NCBI RefSeq assembly: GCF_004010195.1
Contig: NC_057718.1
Location: 59,330,485 to 59,394,484, forward strand
DNA: 64,000 nt
Origin: Chiloscyllium plagiosum
Taxonomy: Eukaryota
Reading direction: 5' to 3'
Made by a program: the position numbers and the translations under genes. Below the pieces are notes generated by a model. It saw only the letters and a list, made by a program, of their open reading frames with translations. It made no database searches and was not told where the DNA came from. The first letter of the stretch is position 1; each line of letters begins with the position of its first letter. Positions 25,630-38,826 of the stretch are shown in pieces.

Positions 25630-26562
25630 AAAAGAAGTCAAGCTAACCAGGCTTTCTGGAGTTTAAGAAAGAATGAGGCCAAACACAGAAGTTCAAATGA
25701 ACTTGACACATAGGCATAGAGAGATTAGAAATAAGAGGTGAGTCCAGAAAGTAAAAGTCAAAAAGAAAATAAAAATGAATCAGTCTTTGGCTTGTCCTTG
25801 ATGAATAGGTTGTGAGATGTGGCTATTATATTAGGTGAGTCCAGTAGTGCTGACTTTGGCACTTGAGTAGTTGTTTGGAGATACTTGATTCAGCAGTTAG
25901 CTGAAAGGAGTTTGTCCAGTTTCCTTTGTTAGTGGCCTGGCTGACTTGTTTATAGCTATCAGAGAGAGAGAAGCTCCATTTCTTTTTACCTGTACACTCA
26001 AGAGTATCTAATGGAAGTTCTTAACTGTCTCAATTCACAGCACGTTTTAGCACAGTGGAATCTGAACTCCAAAACAGCACACTAGTATCCCAGCATTCTA
26101 GCACATAGAAATGAAGTGGGGTAACTGGTTTTTAACCCCCATTCTTGAGTATTCCTTTAAGGCTAAAATGCAAGCAAGTCTTTTGCCAAAGGCTTCGATC
26201 TTTCCTTTAACTTATATCATGCTCATAGTCCGGGACACGACCCACAGGACAGAGTTTTCTGCTGAGGGATCCAATCACTCCTATTGTCTCTGAAGCCACA
26301 GAAGCTCAACATTCAGTTTTTAAACAGCATCCTGTCCTTTTGAAATATTTTTCTCTCAAGTCCCATTGATATTCTTCAGATGTGACATTCTGTGGTTTCT
26401 CCCAGGACATATAATCCACTCAGGAGTTTACTCACTGACCCATTTACCCAGGTATCCACTGCATTTACATTCTTAGCCACCTTTTGGATTGTATGTCCTC
26501 CTATTTGAAATCACATGCTGTACTTAAAACCTCAATATCTGTCAGTAATTTGGTATTATTAT

Positions 26563-26690
26563 AAAATCATAGAATCCCTACAGCAGGCCATTCAGCCCAT
26601 ATACAGTCCATACCAACCCTCCAATGAGCATCCCACCCAGACTCAACCCTTTACCCTGTCCCTGTAATCCTGCATTTCCCATGGCTAATC
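26563..26690 (-). mobile_element. HE1-type SINE 3' part (split by a PLE insertion)
   Basis: 'catagaatccctacag...gcatttcccatggctaatc' continues at 28363. Confidence 0.85.
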
Positions 26691-28362
26691 TATATCCTAA
26701 GAAGAATTCATTCTCTCAACAAACAGTATTTCTACACCATCTCAAACATCAAAAACTGTAAGTACAACAAACTTTTATGTACCCACTTCCATAACCAGCA
26801 CTCCTCAAACATTCCAGAAGCTTCCCCAGCCTCTGGAACTGCTCGGCCACCATTAGCCACGAGGCCTGTGCAGCTACCATCCCCATGGCGATCAATGACG
26901 TCACTTCCACCTCATCGCGGCCGCTTCAACAGCCACTTCTGCTGCTCACGAATTCACATGCACCACGCATGACATCACTTCCGCCCCTCCTGACGTCCCC
27001 ACCAGTAGCCTTCCACTGAGACTCTAATTCGTTTGGCTGAACTGGTCCTCACCCTTAACAATTTCTCCTTCGAATCCTCCCACTTCCTCCAGACAAAAGG
27101 GGTAGCCATGGGCATCTGCATGAGCCCCAGCTATGCCTGTCTCTTTGTTAGCTACATAGAACAGTCCATCTACCATAGTTACACTGACACCACTCCCCAT
27201 CTCTTCCTCCGCTACATTGATGACTGCATCGGTGCCACCTCTTGCTCCCGCAAGGAGGTTGAGCGGTTCATCAACTTCACCAACACATTCCACCCCGACC
27301 TTAAATTCACCTAGACCATCTCTGACACCTCCCTTCCCTTCCTGGACTTCCCCATCTCCATCAATGATGACTGACTTAACACTGACATCTTTTACAAATC
27401 CACTGACTCCCACAGCTACCTGGATTACACCTCTTCCCACCCTACCTCCTGCAAAAATGCTCTCCCATATTCCCAATTCCTCTGCCTCCATTGTATCTGC
27501 TCCCAGGAGGACCAGTTCTACCACAGAACACACCAGATGGCCTCCTTCTTTAAAGACCGTAATTTTCCCTTCCCATGTGGTTGAAGATGCCCTCCAACGC
27601 ATCTCATCCACATCTTGCACCTCCGCCCTCAAATCCCACCCCTCCAACCGCAACAAGGACAGAACCCCACCCTGGTCTTCACCTTCCACCTGACAAACCT
27701 CCGCATATACCACATCATCCGCCCACATTTCCACCACCTCCAAATGAACCCCAACACCAGGGATATATTCCCCTCCCCACCCTATCCACTTTCCGCAAAG
27801 ACTGCTCCCTCCACTCCCCTCCTGACATCTTCCCCTGCCACCGCAGGAATTGCAAAACCATGTACCCACACCTCCCCCCCTCACCTCCATCCAAGGGCCC
27901 AAAGGAGCCTTACTCCCTCACCACCCGAAGCCTGGAGGAAGAATGCCTCATCTTCCACCCTGGAACTCTTGAACCCCAAGGCACCAATGTGGACTTCACC
28001 AGTTTCCTCATATCCCCTCCCCCCACCTTACCCTAGTTCTAACCTGCCAACTCAGCACCATCCTCATGATCTGTCCCACCTGCCAATCTTCCTTCCCACC
28101 AATCCGCTCCCCCCTCCTCTCTGACCTATCACCTTCATCCCCACCTCCATACACCTACTGTACTCTTAGCTACCTTCTCCTAGCCCCACCTCCCTCCCAT
28201 TTATCTCTCCACCCCGAAGGCTCCCTGCCTCATTCCTAACGAAGGGCTTTTGCCAAAAACGTCAATTTTCCTGTTCCTTGGATGCTGCCTAACCTGCTGT
28301 GCTTTTCCAGCACCACTCTAATCTAGACTCTGATCTCCAGCATCTGCAGTCCTCACTTCTGC
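26691..28362 (+). mobile_element. Penelope-like element with RT and partly deleted GIY-YIG region
   Basis: ORF 27033-27314 ELVLTLNNFSF...KGVAMG..MSPSYACLF...FLRYIDDCIG is PLE RT; FPCHRRNCKT linker; decayed HHR at ~28236. Confidence 0.95.
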
Positions 28363-28582
28363 CTAATCCAAATAGCCTGCACATCCCTGGACACTATGGG
28401 CAATTTAGCATGGCCGATCCACCTGACCTGCACATCTCTGGAATGTGGAAGGAAACCACAGTACCCGGAGGAAACGTTCGCAGACATGGGGAAAATGTTC
28501 AAACTCCACAGAGACAGTTACCTGAAGATAAAAATGGCACTGTGAGGCAGCAGTGCTAACCACTGAGCCAACATGCCACCCC
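28363..28582 (-). mobile_element. HE1-type SINE 5' part
   Basis: 'ctaatccaaatagcctgcacatccctggacactatgggcaatttagc...gcagtgctaaccactgagcc'. Confidence 0.9.
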
Positions 28583-28625
28583 TTATGATCCATCATTAAG
28601 CCAACCTGGAACATACAGGGACAAG

Positions 28626-28975
28626 GGGCAGCACAGTGGCTCAGTCGTTAGCACTGCTGCCTCATAGCACCAGGAAACTGGGTCCAATTCCAGCCTTGGC
28701 GACTGTCTGTGTGGAGTTTGTACATTCTCCCGTGTCTATGTGGGTTTCCTTCAGGTGTTCTGGTTTCCTCCCACAATCCAAAGACATCCAGGTTAAGTGA
28801 ATTGGCCATGCTAAAGTGCCCCACTGTTCAGGGATGTGTAGGTTAGGTACATTAGTCAGGGGTAAATATATGATAATAGGGTAGGGGAATGGGTCTGGAT
28901 GGGTTACTCTTTGGAAAGTTGGTGTGGACTTGTTGGGCCAAAGGGCCTGTTTCCACACTGTAGGGATTCAATGAT
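28626..28975 (+). mobile_element. HE1-type SINE, full length
   Basis: Head 'ggggcagcacagtggctcagtcgttagcactgctgcctca' (A box); tail 'gggcctgtttccacactgtagggattc'. Confidence 0.95.
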
Positions 28976-30437
28976 TGCTATGAAGAACCATTTGTATGAT
29001 GGCTATGACAAGCAAATGGTGAACTGCATCTGCTCTGATTTAGGCGTCAGGAATTTATACCGTCTAATTTCTTATCGATAAAGAGGATAATTAGAAATGG
29101 AGTGTAAGTAAGGTGAGTTTGTGAGTTTAATGAACAAATTCATGGAAATAAAGTCGCCACATATCAACGACCAAATTCTGAAGTTGCCATTTAAGGTAAG
29201 TGGGAGAAACAATTTGATTTCTTTTCATTCTTACCAGTTTTTCTCACCTTTCTCATCACTAGTCACACCTCACCAGGGAGAGGAAAATATGGTGCACTGT
29301 GTTTATTGGCAACTGAATATTGTTGTGAGGTGTATTTTCTTTACCCATGCAAGCCTAGATTAGCTAATAAGCAAAGTCTGGTAGTTTTCTTTCTTAAAAA
29401 GGTGCTATAAGGTCCAAGGGAAGTGGGGCTTTTCAGATTCAAAACAACTAGCAAATTTGTGTCCTCATTATGAACTACTGTGATGTTTAGGTTCAATCTT
29501 GGCTAACATTGATTCTTTATTGCCTTTATTATGGTTTATTATTATCCTTTTAACAATATATACCGCTATGTGTGTTGAGTAGTTACTTGCAACTGCAATA
29601 CATAGCTTGCTTGTCAGCATTGTTCAATTTTCAAATTAAACCATGATGGAGTTAAAATTCCTCTTTTCATTAGTGTAGAGCATTTGAATTAATGTACAAT
29701 AATTTGGCAGGGTAGTATTAGTGAAGCAAAATTCCACTCAGGATGAAACTGCTTGAACTGATATTAATGCACTGAGGCAGCATTGATGTTCTTTGGGACT
29801 TGTTAATGGTTTGTTGAACACCAATTAAAGATTAAAATGTTGAAGCTTAGTCATACTTCCCTTCCAGCCTGTATTGCAGTAATGGTATGGACAGGAACTA
29901 GATAAGTGTAAAGGAAGCATCAACAAGTGCTCATTTTGCTACATATGGTGGTGAACATGAACAAGTAGCAGAGGATTTAACTTAGAAAGTGCATCACGGA
30001 TGGTCTGCTGCATTGCTTTTGTTGACTATTTTTCCACCCAAGATGCCAACACATTTGGCTACTGGGCCCCAATAAGGCTATGTAGTTTTGTGCAACTGAC
30101 CCAGCAACAGTATGTACCTCAATGAAATTAGGTATCCACAAAAAACACTCCTAGAAATGAAAATAACTTATCCAGATGCAGGTATTTTAATGATAGGAAG
30201 AATATTATCCTGTACATTAACACTACTAGGTCATACCAGTAATAATTACAGATTTCATTCCCCTAATGTGATTTTCTTAGGATTTTCTGGCAATCTGATA
30301 CCTTCATAATCACTTTTATTGACACAAACTTCTTATGCCCTGATTTTTAAACAAAATTTAATTCTCAAAAGATCAGACATTCTGAGGGAACAGAACAGTA
30401 AAAAAACAGAGTAGTACTTGGAAATGAACATTCTCAT

Positions 30438-30770
30438 GGGGTGGCACTATGACTCAGTGATTAGCACTGCTGACTCACAGTGCCAGGGACCCAGGTTCGA
30501 TTGCACCCTTGAGTGACTGTCTATTGGAGTTTACACAATCTCCTTGTGACTCTGTGAGCTTCCTCCGGGTACTCTGCTTTCCTCCCACAGTCCAAACATG
30601 TGCAGGTTAGGCTGCAAGAATCAGCCGTGCTAAATTGCCCATAGTGTCCAGGTATGTGTAGCCGTGGGGAATGCTGGAATACAGGTATAGGATAGGAGTT
30701 GTGTCTGGGTGGGATGCTCTTCGGAGAGTCAGTGTGGACTTGATGGGCTGAATGGCCTGTTTCCACATTG
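30438..30770 (+). mobile_element. HE1-type SINE, older
   Basis: A box 'tgactcagtga', B box 'ggttcgattgc', HE1 body and tail. Confidence 0.9.
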
Positions 30771-31079
30771 CCGATTCCATCTGTTCTGTAGCTTTCTGCA
30801 GTCTCCAGCCAGTGTGTGTTCACTTGGAGTGCATTACCATCCTCCTCAAAGTTCACAATATGTCCAAATTTGTGCCATCTATGACTTGAAATTGTCCCCG
30901 TGCAATTGTTCTCTGGGTTCTGTACTTCTCAGCTTTTTTTTGACATATCAGCCATAGCATTGTTGGTATGTTTATTTCTATGAGGCATGAGGTTCCAGAT
31001 ATAAGTCCCATTGACTTTAGTACATAAACTCCAGCAGGCGTTTTTGCCAAAGGAATCTCTTACATCTGTCTGAACAACT

Positions 31080-31387
31080 GGGTGGCTCAGTGGTTAGCAC
31101 TGCTGCCTCACAGCCCCAGGGTCCCAGGTTCGATTCCAGCCTTGGGCCAAATATCTGTGTGGAGTTTGCACATTCTCCCTGTGTCTGCGTGGGGTTTCTC
31201 CAGGTGTTTCAGTTTCCTCCCACAGTCCAAAGATGTGCAGATCAGGTGAATTGCCCATGCTAAATTGCCCATAGTGTTAGGTGCTTTAGTCAGAGGGAAA
31301 TGGATCTGGGTGGGTTACTCTTCGGAGGGTCAATGTGGACTGGTTGGGCCGAAAGGCCTATTTCCGTACTGTAGGGAATCTAATCTG
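31080..31387 (+). mobile_element. HE1-type SINE
   Basis: 'ggtggctcagtggttagcactgctgcctcacagc...ggttcgattcc'; tail 'gggaatctaatct'. Confidence 0.95.
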
Positions 31388-31394
31388 ATGTGGA

Positions 31395-31630
31395 TAGGAC
31401 CTCAGTTTAATGCCCCATCCTGAAAGACATCTGATAATGCAGGTCTCCCTCCATTCTGCAGAGGGTGACCTGGCCAATAATTATCCCTCAGTCAACATCA
31501 TAAAAACAGATTATCTGAACATTTAAGTCTTTGGTATTTCTGGGAATTTGCTGTGAGCAATATTGGCCGTCATGTTTCCTGCATTACAGTAGTTACTTTA
31601 AAAAGTATTTAATTGGCTACAAAGTGTTCC
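31395..31630. mobile_element. Deu-domain SINE remnants (SacSINE1/AmnSINE1-like); minus piece ~31395-31460, plus piece ~31465-31630
   Basis: 'aaaaacagattatctg...ttgctgtgagcaatattggccgtcatgtttcctgcattacag...aagtatttaattggctacaaagtg' resembles the Deu core as I recall it. Confidence 0.65.
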
Positions 31631-34569
31631 CTTTTGTTCAAACACCTTGTGCGCTATACACTAGATCCAATGAAGAGAGTAAGACTTTTTTTCATGGATT
31701 TTATATATTCTCCATTAGCGTAAAACTCCACCTTCAACTCTCATGAGAAGCAATCCTCAGAAATTTATGGTTTGTGGGTTTTTTTGTTAGCAAACCGTTG
31801 TTCACAGAGAGAAACAGCCATTATTTTTCTTTCATTGAGATGTTTGCTCCATGGTGGTAGTTACCATATCAAATCACAAAAGCAAAATATGTAAATCAAG
31901 AATAGGCAACTGTGTGCACTGTGGTGAGTAAACACTTTGAATGAAGTGATACTAATGCTGAATTATTCATGAGCCCTTTGAAGATGGACTGAGAAATGTG
32001 AAGGCGAGCAAAATGACAAGGAAAGGTGTTGGGGATGGTGCATAGTAATGTATTATTGGCATGTTATTTTGACATGCAGGGAATTTGATGGATTGGCTAC
32101 CTGCTGTTTGGTTACTTGAATGACTAATTAAGCGCCAATTCCTGCATCTGAGGGCACTTTAACCTCATTGGAACTGTCCGCTGACACATGGATGGAACCT
32201 GCTGCCTCCCACGGGTCTGGGGGCCATCCATTCAAGATATTCCTTGGCCCATAAAGGGGCTTTCCAACAGCAGTGGCCACCTTTACAGCAATGGTACCTT
32301 GGACCTCAGCGACAACCCACCCCACTATCTCTAGCACTTGCCTGTATGTTCCAGAAAACACCAAACCCCACTTAATATTCTTCACAGGCACCCAGCAAAT
32401 TGAGACATCCACTCCTTGCAGCTACAATCTCAAAAATGTTCACCACTAGCAGCAGTGCTGCTGAATTGCCAGTCCTGTGATTTGAACAGAAGTCTTGGTC
32501 ACTGTCCTTCATTTGACACAACCCCAGCAATGGTCATTTATTTAGTAGCAGCTGGTAATATGTTCCCTTGAACCCCATCACCTGGGGACACCTTGGCAAA
32601 ATACAGCTCAGACGTTATTAGTGTGTTGTGAAGAAGGATTTGAGAAGTTAGTTCTATCAATCTTGTATAATGTAGTAATATACTATAAAGTAGATGCCAT
32701 TTTGAAAGAAATCAGCTATTTTTAAATTTCATAGACATTTCAGTAAATTATGCACTGCCACATGCTTTTGTAAATGTTTAAGCAGTGTCAAATTCATATG
32801 GAAGTATCCAATTTAATACATAGTGATTAAAGTCTTCAGTCTTGATTGTTGTTATGCAGTTAAGTTTTGAAAGCTGGACAGATGGATATTTAACACTTTA
32901 AATCACACTGAAAAAAATCGGCTTATAAAATAGGCTTCTGGTTTGAAGTAACAGATCTAAAGAACTTCAGCAGCAAAGTCCTATTGCTGGTTTCCCATTA
33001 TTTTCCTTTCATGATTAAATATGTACAGAACAAAGTTTGTCTGCACAATGCAAAGCTTATTTAAAGTGGTTGCACAGTACCAACCTGCCATCTAGTGCAC
33101 AGATGGCTGAACCATTTGGAAATCCCACTCAAAGCCCAGATATAATTAATAATGTACTCACATTTTACCTAATATTGGTGAAAAGTAAGCCATGGTTACC
33201 CACTTTTCAAGGCTTGAATTTCAAGTGACTATATAAGGAAGCACAGAAAATATTTGCAGAAAATTCCTTTGTTTCCTACCCGAAGTTGTAAAATGATTTA
33301 GGAGAAGTAAAAATGTGGCAAAATGTGTATCCTAAATTTGTTGTTTTTAATAAACACTTGCTGTCAAAGAATATTTTTGATTTATTTTGCTAATATTTAG
33401 TGATCTCGTCCTCTGTTCATGCAGGTTAAAGGCAACTAAGTAAAGAATAGATTGATGGATAGTTGTAGATTGATACAGCCAACCTCCATCTCATATTGAC
33501 AGCAGTGTCATTAGTATTGGCTTTCTGGCATGGACAAACCCATAATGAAGTCTTCAGGCTTCGATTTGATTATTACTGAGGCTAATCAAGGTAGTAAACT
33601 TTTGTTTGACTCTCAGAGCTCACTTAGATTCAATAAAAATCAGACATCTCAGAGGGTGAGTAATGATTTTTTTTTGACGATTGTGAGTTAAGCCTTGATT
33701 CTTTCATTTAAGATTCAGCATAAAATGGATGCACAATTTCCATTGAGGAACTCAACAACTACCCATTTTCAGAGCACCATTGAAAGCAATTATAACACAC
33801 AGAAGTGGATTGTGAATTGTGATTCAAAATGTAAATAAAAATTATTTGGGGCAAAATATGCAAAATAAAATGATTGGCTAAATGCCCAGAGCTAAGTATG
33901 ATGACCAACTGTTGTCATTCTTTAATTCACTCTTCCAAAGTTTTGAAAGGGTTATATTGGATATTCTTTGAGCAGGTTACATGAGCTGAAATTTCATCCG
34001 CTGAATGAATTGGGCAATGGCAAGAAACTTGGGTGAATTGTACAATATCAATAGTAAGGAACTTTCTGACGTCAAGAATAAAAATTCCTATTTCCAACCA
34101 TGTTAAATGGTGAGCTGAGATCCTTGTTCTTAAGTGGTGAGAGGCCTATTTACAAACATGGGTGTGCCTTATGACTTCAACTCGCCTCAATGATATGCAG
34201 TTTCCCATTCGCTGACCTATTGGATGGAAACTAGGTGGCAGCAATTCATGGTGTGAAAGTCAGAGCAGTAATCCCTGTTTGCCACTTGGTCCTCTGGACT
34301 TACATCAGTCACCAACATCCCAGTGCATGCTCCATGGTCAGTGACCACACACACCCCTCTGAGCACTGGGAGCTCCAGTGTTATATGTTAGAAGATAACT
34401 ATTTAACAAGTCCAAGTCTACAGTTTTAGTGAGAGCTTTATTTCAGTTAACTATACCCTTTAAAACTCACACCCTATGATATTAGCTTCCTATACTTATA
34501 TGATCAATTCATACCTAATTTATCATTAATATATCTATTGTCTGTTCTCTCTTTCTATTAGGTCCTGGG

Positions 34570-35070
34570 AATTTCATCTGAACATATCAGATGATAACAT
34601 CCACATTCCTGTCAGAAAAGCATGTTGCCAAATTTCCTTTGTCTGACATGTTTCGGGAAATTGACAGGTATCATGCAGGGCAACTATGGACTGGCAATGC
34701 TTGAGTGGTGCACAGTCGGGCTTTAAAGATGGCACCATTGCCAAGAATCCCAGAAGATCTTTGCTTAGCCAACATTTCTGCCTGTGGAGATTGGGAGAAT
34801 ATCCCAAATGGAGCACCATGTGACTGTGGTGCATAAAGAATGAGGCAGGTTTGCAGAGAGAAACACTCCCATTAAATTCACCAAAATTGATATTTTGCCC
34901 ATGTTTGGTAAAAGTCTGCCTCTAAAGCGTGTTCCAGCATCAAACATCCTCTGCATATATTTTGAAAACGAATGGGGAGACAGTGAAACAGATTGAAGTC
35001 CTCTCTCTGTCAACCCCAAGATAAACCTAAGGTTGAGCAGAAAGAGGGTTGAAAATTGATCCAACATACT
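34570..35070 (-). mobile_element. Possible Gypsy integrase C-terminal relic
   Basis: FLLNLRF, TRFRGRLLPNMG, LGNG and PVNF occur in the order expected for FLLxYR / RTRLxLLxP / NFGxGP / GPVSY; very decayed. Confidence 0.35.
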
Positions 35071-36793
35071 TTTGGTCTAACTTGTAGTGACCATTTTAAT
35101 ATGCAGCTAAGAAATGATTCAATAGCTTACAATTAACAACCTCAAAGAGTTCTGAAAAAGGGAACATCTGGTGACTTCCCTCATTTTGATTGTGATGAAA
35201 ATGGTTGAATATGAACCCATGCTTTCTAGTGACATTACATTATCTTGGGCTGGACTTTCTTAATCCTGTGGAGACTAAAGGTATGAGGCCTGGGAAAACG
35301 GGGCAAGTTCTGTTAGGGTGGATTTCAAGTGTATTCTCACCTTGATGTGGTACTTTCTCAGAGATGTCTGTAGGTGGTGGTTGGCCAGAGGCAGGCAGCC
35401 AGTTAGAATACTTAAGGGCCAATGTACGGGCCATTTTGCTCCAATTATATTATATTGCCAATAACAGAGCAGTTCTCTGAGCACAGAGGTGGTCAATTAG
35501 GAGCTTGCCTCATGGAAGAGTGCACTGGATGGTAGGCAGAGGGCATGGGTAGGCCCAGGACTATCATATTAGTTAAAATTTGTCCTTCAACTGCACATCT
35601 ACATACTTAAATCAGTGAAAATAAAATACTGTATCCTAGGTTTTATTGAAAATATAAACAAGATTTTCTGCCACTTAAAACACAATATGAAAAAAAACAC
35701 AGGCAGAAATTTATCTAACATATGGGAGAAGCAATTCTTATGCTTTTAGCCTAGGCATAGTTATCTTGACCAATATAAATGTCACAAAATAAGTCCACTG
35801 TGGCACACCACTTGGAGAGTTTTATGAAAGTTTCTAAAATCAAAGGGTCACTTATTTCCTGCTAATTATAACTACTTGCTCCAGTTTAGTGTGAGAACAC
35901 AATATAGGTAACCTTGCAGTCATAACAAAAGTGCAAGTCATTGATAAAAGAGACTGCTGGTGCCTTACCTTCCAGAATAACTGTGTTGACCCAAAGTTTA
36001 TAACAGGACTATACCAGGAAATCCATGCAGAATATACACCTTACTGGTGAGCGAGGTACTTCGCAAAATGAAACCTTAGAAATAGACTTTGCACAAAATT
36101 CTTTATGTATGGCACATGCTTCAACTTTAACCAATCTACTTCAGGAATACTTTACACTGAAGGGAAATGCTGCTACAGGGGTTTTGAACATAATGCATAT
36201 TGACAAGGGTAAACAAACAATCTCTGACACTGGTGTGTGAAGATCAGATTTCTCTCTCTCTCTTTCTCTCAGGGGTTTAGTAAGAATATAAATCTTTCAT
36301 GACTCTATTACTTATTTATAACTCTGGGCCTTTTGGTAAATTCCAAAATTAATATCTAGCTTGTGTTTTGGTTATGATTTCTGTATAAATCTGATAATTA
36401 GGCTTTGGCTTTGTTATTATATACTTGCAATTTATTTTAGAAAATACTTTGTAGACAGTAAGTGTCGAGTGTGAGGTATATTTATGCTTTGAGCTCATGT
36501 CTATAAGAAACAAAGATTGTTCAAACTTCTTTCAATTAGCCCTTTGCTTCAGAAAAAGAATGAAAATTCTTTCATACTTATCTAATTGGATTTGATTGTT
36601 TCATTTGGGTCTAACACACACTCTACCAAAACCTTTTTTGTACTGAGAGTGATATTATCATCTTACTCATGCGGATGAGAAGTTTTGGGGATTTCTTAAA
36701 ACAGGCTTTGTTTGTATTGCAAGTGTGTACAGTATGATAAATATATTTATGTACTCTTTTGAATACACTGTGCTGAAAGGTTTGAACATTATG

Positions 36794-36910
36794 TTCTGAT
36801 GAAGGGTCACTGGACCCGAAATGTTAACGCCATTTTCTCTCTTCAGATGTTGTCAGACCTGCTGTGTTTTTCCAGAAATTTCTGTTTTTGCTTATGATTT
36901 TCAGCATTCT
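36794..36910 (+). ncRNA. Short PLE-derived unit with the best-preserved minimal HHR core
   Basis: CTGATGA-A-GGGTC-ACTG-GACCC-GAAA-TGTTA at 36796-36826, followed by the family tail 'cagacctgctgtgtttttccagaaatttctgtttttg'. Confidence 0.65.
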
Positions 36911-38100
36911 GTTTCGTTGGTATTTTGAACACTGTGAGCTTCATTTTGGAAGGCTGTAAATCAAACCTGTAATGATAAACTGTTTGCAAATAGCTTTTTT
37001 GGAAGTAACCTATCAGATTGAAAGCCAATAAATATGTTCAATAATATGTCAATCAGCTTGCTGTTTACGTGTATCTTTAAGGATGAGCAAGTCCTATGTA
37101 AAATGAATGCAACTATTTGTTTTACTCATAATATCACACAATGACGCAACACAATAGGCAAATTAAAATTATAAGGATTTGGGATTTTACATAGTATATT
37201 GCCATTACTCAACTTCCCACATATTATTCTTTAATGTGTAATGAACAAGACTAAAAGCAATGGCAAAAACTATTATTTTGCAGCTGAAAAAATAAACTGT
37301 TCTTTGTTATTTCTGTTTCAGTCCCATATTGCAAGCCACCACAAATTTAGTTACAGTGCATTTTCATTCCATTTCCTTTTATTTTGCGACGAATACAGTT
37401 ATCACCATGGCTTTCTCAGGAATAGGACTACAAAGGCATCAGGATAATTTCATATGTATTGAAAAGACATCGAGGTTTAATGCATGGTAGGTTTTACTTT
37501 CACTGCCTTCAGTACATGTTATACAATTTGCACCTCATTGGAATGCAGTTGAGCTGTTTTCCTTATCAGATTCAAACAAGATTGTTTGGTTCAGCGTAAA
37601 AAGATGGCCATCTGCCAAACAAAAAAATGTCCATCTGCTTGATGTAAGTTATCATTTATTTCAATTCCAAAGTAAATTTGTTGCAGTATGAAATATTTGA
37701 TTCATTAATTTTTCTTCTCTAACAATGCTCATTTTCTTCCTGAAAGCTATCTTGCTTTTTCACTGCAGATTTCCACATTACATAGTGGATTCAATCATTT
37801 TACAGACAACTTTGCAAGGGATGGATAGGCATTTTAAATTTTTCTCTGTTATAACATGCACAGACAGGAATCACCCGCATGCAATTTAGATTTATGGTTT
37901 AGTCTAACATAACAGTTAAGTTAATGCATGCATTTAAAATGATAAATAAGCATTTGGCTTTGATTTGCTCCACTTTCTGGCCATCTCTTCACTCCTGAAG
38001 TTGCTCATTCAAGTACTTTCAGTGATCACATAGATCACATTCAATATCACAATCCATCCACCACTGGATAATTAGCCAGAATAGAGATGTTACTGACTTT

Positions 38101-38206
38101 TCTGAAACAAAAACAGAAATTGCTGGAAAAGCTCAGTAGGTCTGGCAGTATCTGTGGAGAGAAATCAGACGTAATGTTTCAGGCTGAGTGATCCTTCCTC
38201 AGAACT
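38101..38206 (-). mobile_element. Short PLE-derived unit with HHR motif
   Basis: Minus strand gagtt-CTGAGGA-AGG-ATCACTCAG-CCT-GAAA-CATTA plus the same tail as the 36794 unit. Confidence 0.7.
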
Positions 38207-38489
38207 CCAGGGGTCCAGGGTGATGACTGTATTCATCACAACATAAAAGAAAGCGCAATGAAAATGCTCTATAACTAAATTGGTAGTGGCTTGCAATATG
38301 AGACTGAAATAGAAATAACTCAGAACAGTTTAATTTGTCAGCTGCAAAATACTAACTCCAGGATTAACTGGACGCAGCAGCAACAGCCAAATTGTATCAG
38401 TGACTTGCATGACTTTAAGCAAACCGACAGAAGATACATTTTGTCTATAGCAGGTGTGAGCAGTCATGCAGCAAGTGATATTGAACTGA

Positions 38490-38746
38490 AGATGGCAACA
38501 AGTGGTAAAACACAGGAGAGTGTGGGCTCCAAACCTTTCAGACACAGCACCCTGGAGGCTTTGGTGGAGAAGGTGGAAAGGAGAAGAGGTGCTTTGCCTT
38601 CACACAGGATGCTAAGAGACCTTTCCAACAGAATGCTTAGAAGACAGTGGCAGCAGTTAGCCCTGGTGATCAATGCCAGAAGTCCAATTCTGTGGTCCTG
38701 AATGCAGTGCTGCAAGATGTTCAATGGCCTTTTACTTGTGGTCAAG
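38490..38746 (+). mobile_element. PIF/Harbinger Myb/SANT-like exon relic
   Basis: KPFRHSTLEALVEKVERRRGAL...LRRQWQQLALVINARS...WS*MQCCKMFNGL..VVK, then donor 'aag|gtcag'. Confidence 0.75.
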
Positions 38747-38826
38747 GTCAGCGAGCGCATCTTGAAATGTAATATCAAACTAACTGCACCACTGGAATAT
38801 GACACTCCCCACCTTTCCTGACCATT

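Noticed and set aside
27024..27902. Longest ORF (292 aa, minus strand) as a gene
   Set aside because: It is the antisense shadow of the C-rich Penelope RT region; Gly/Val/Glu-rich with no domain.
28626..28700. tRNA genes
   Set aside because: A/B boxes belong to HE1 SINE heads followed by SINE body; no complete cloverleaf. The same holds for the other HE1 copies and 48238.
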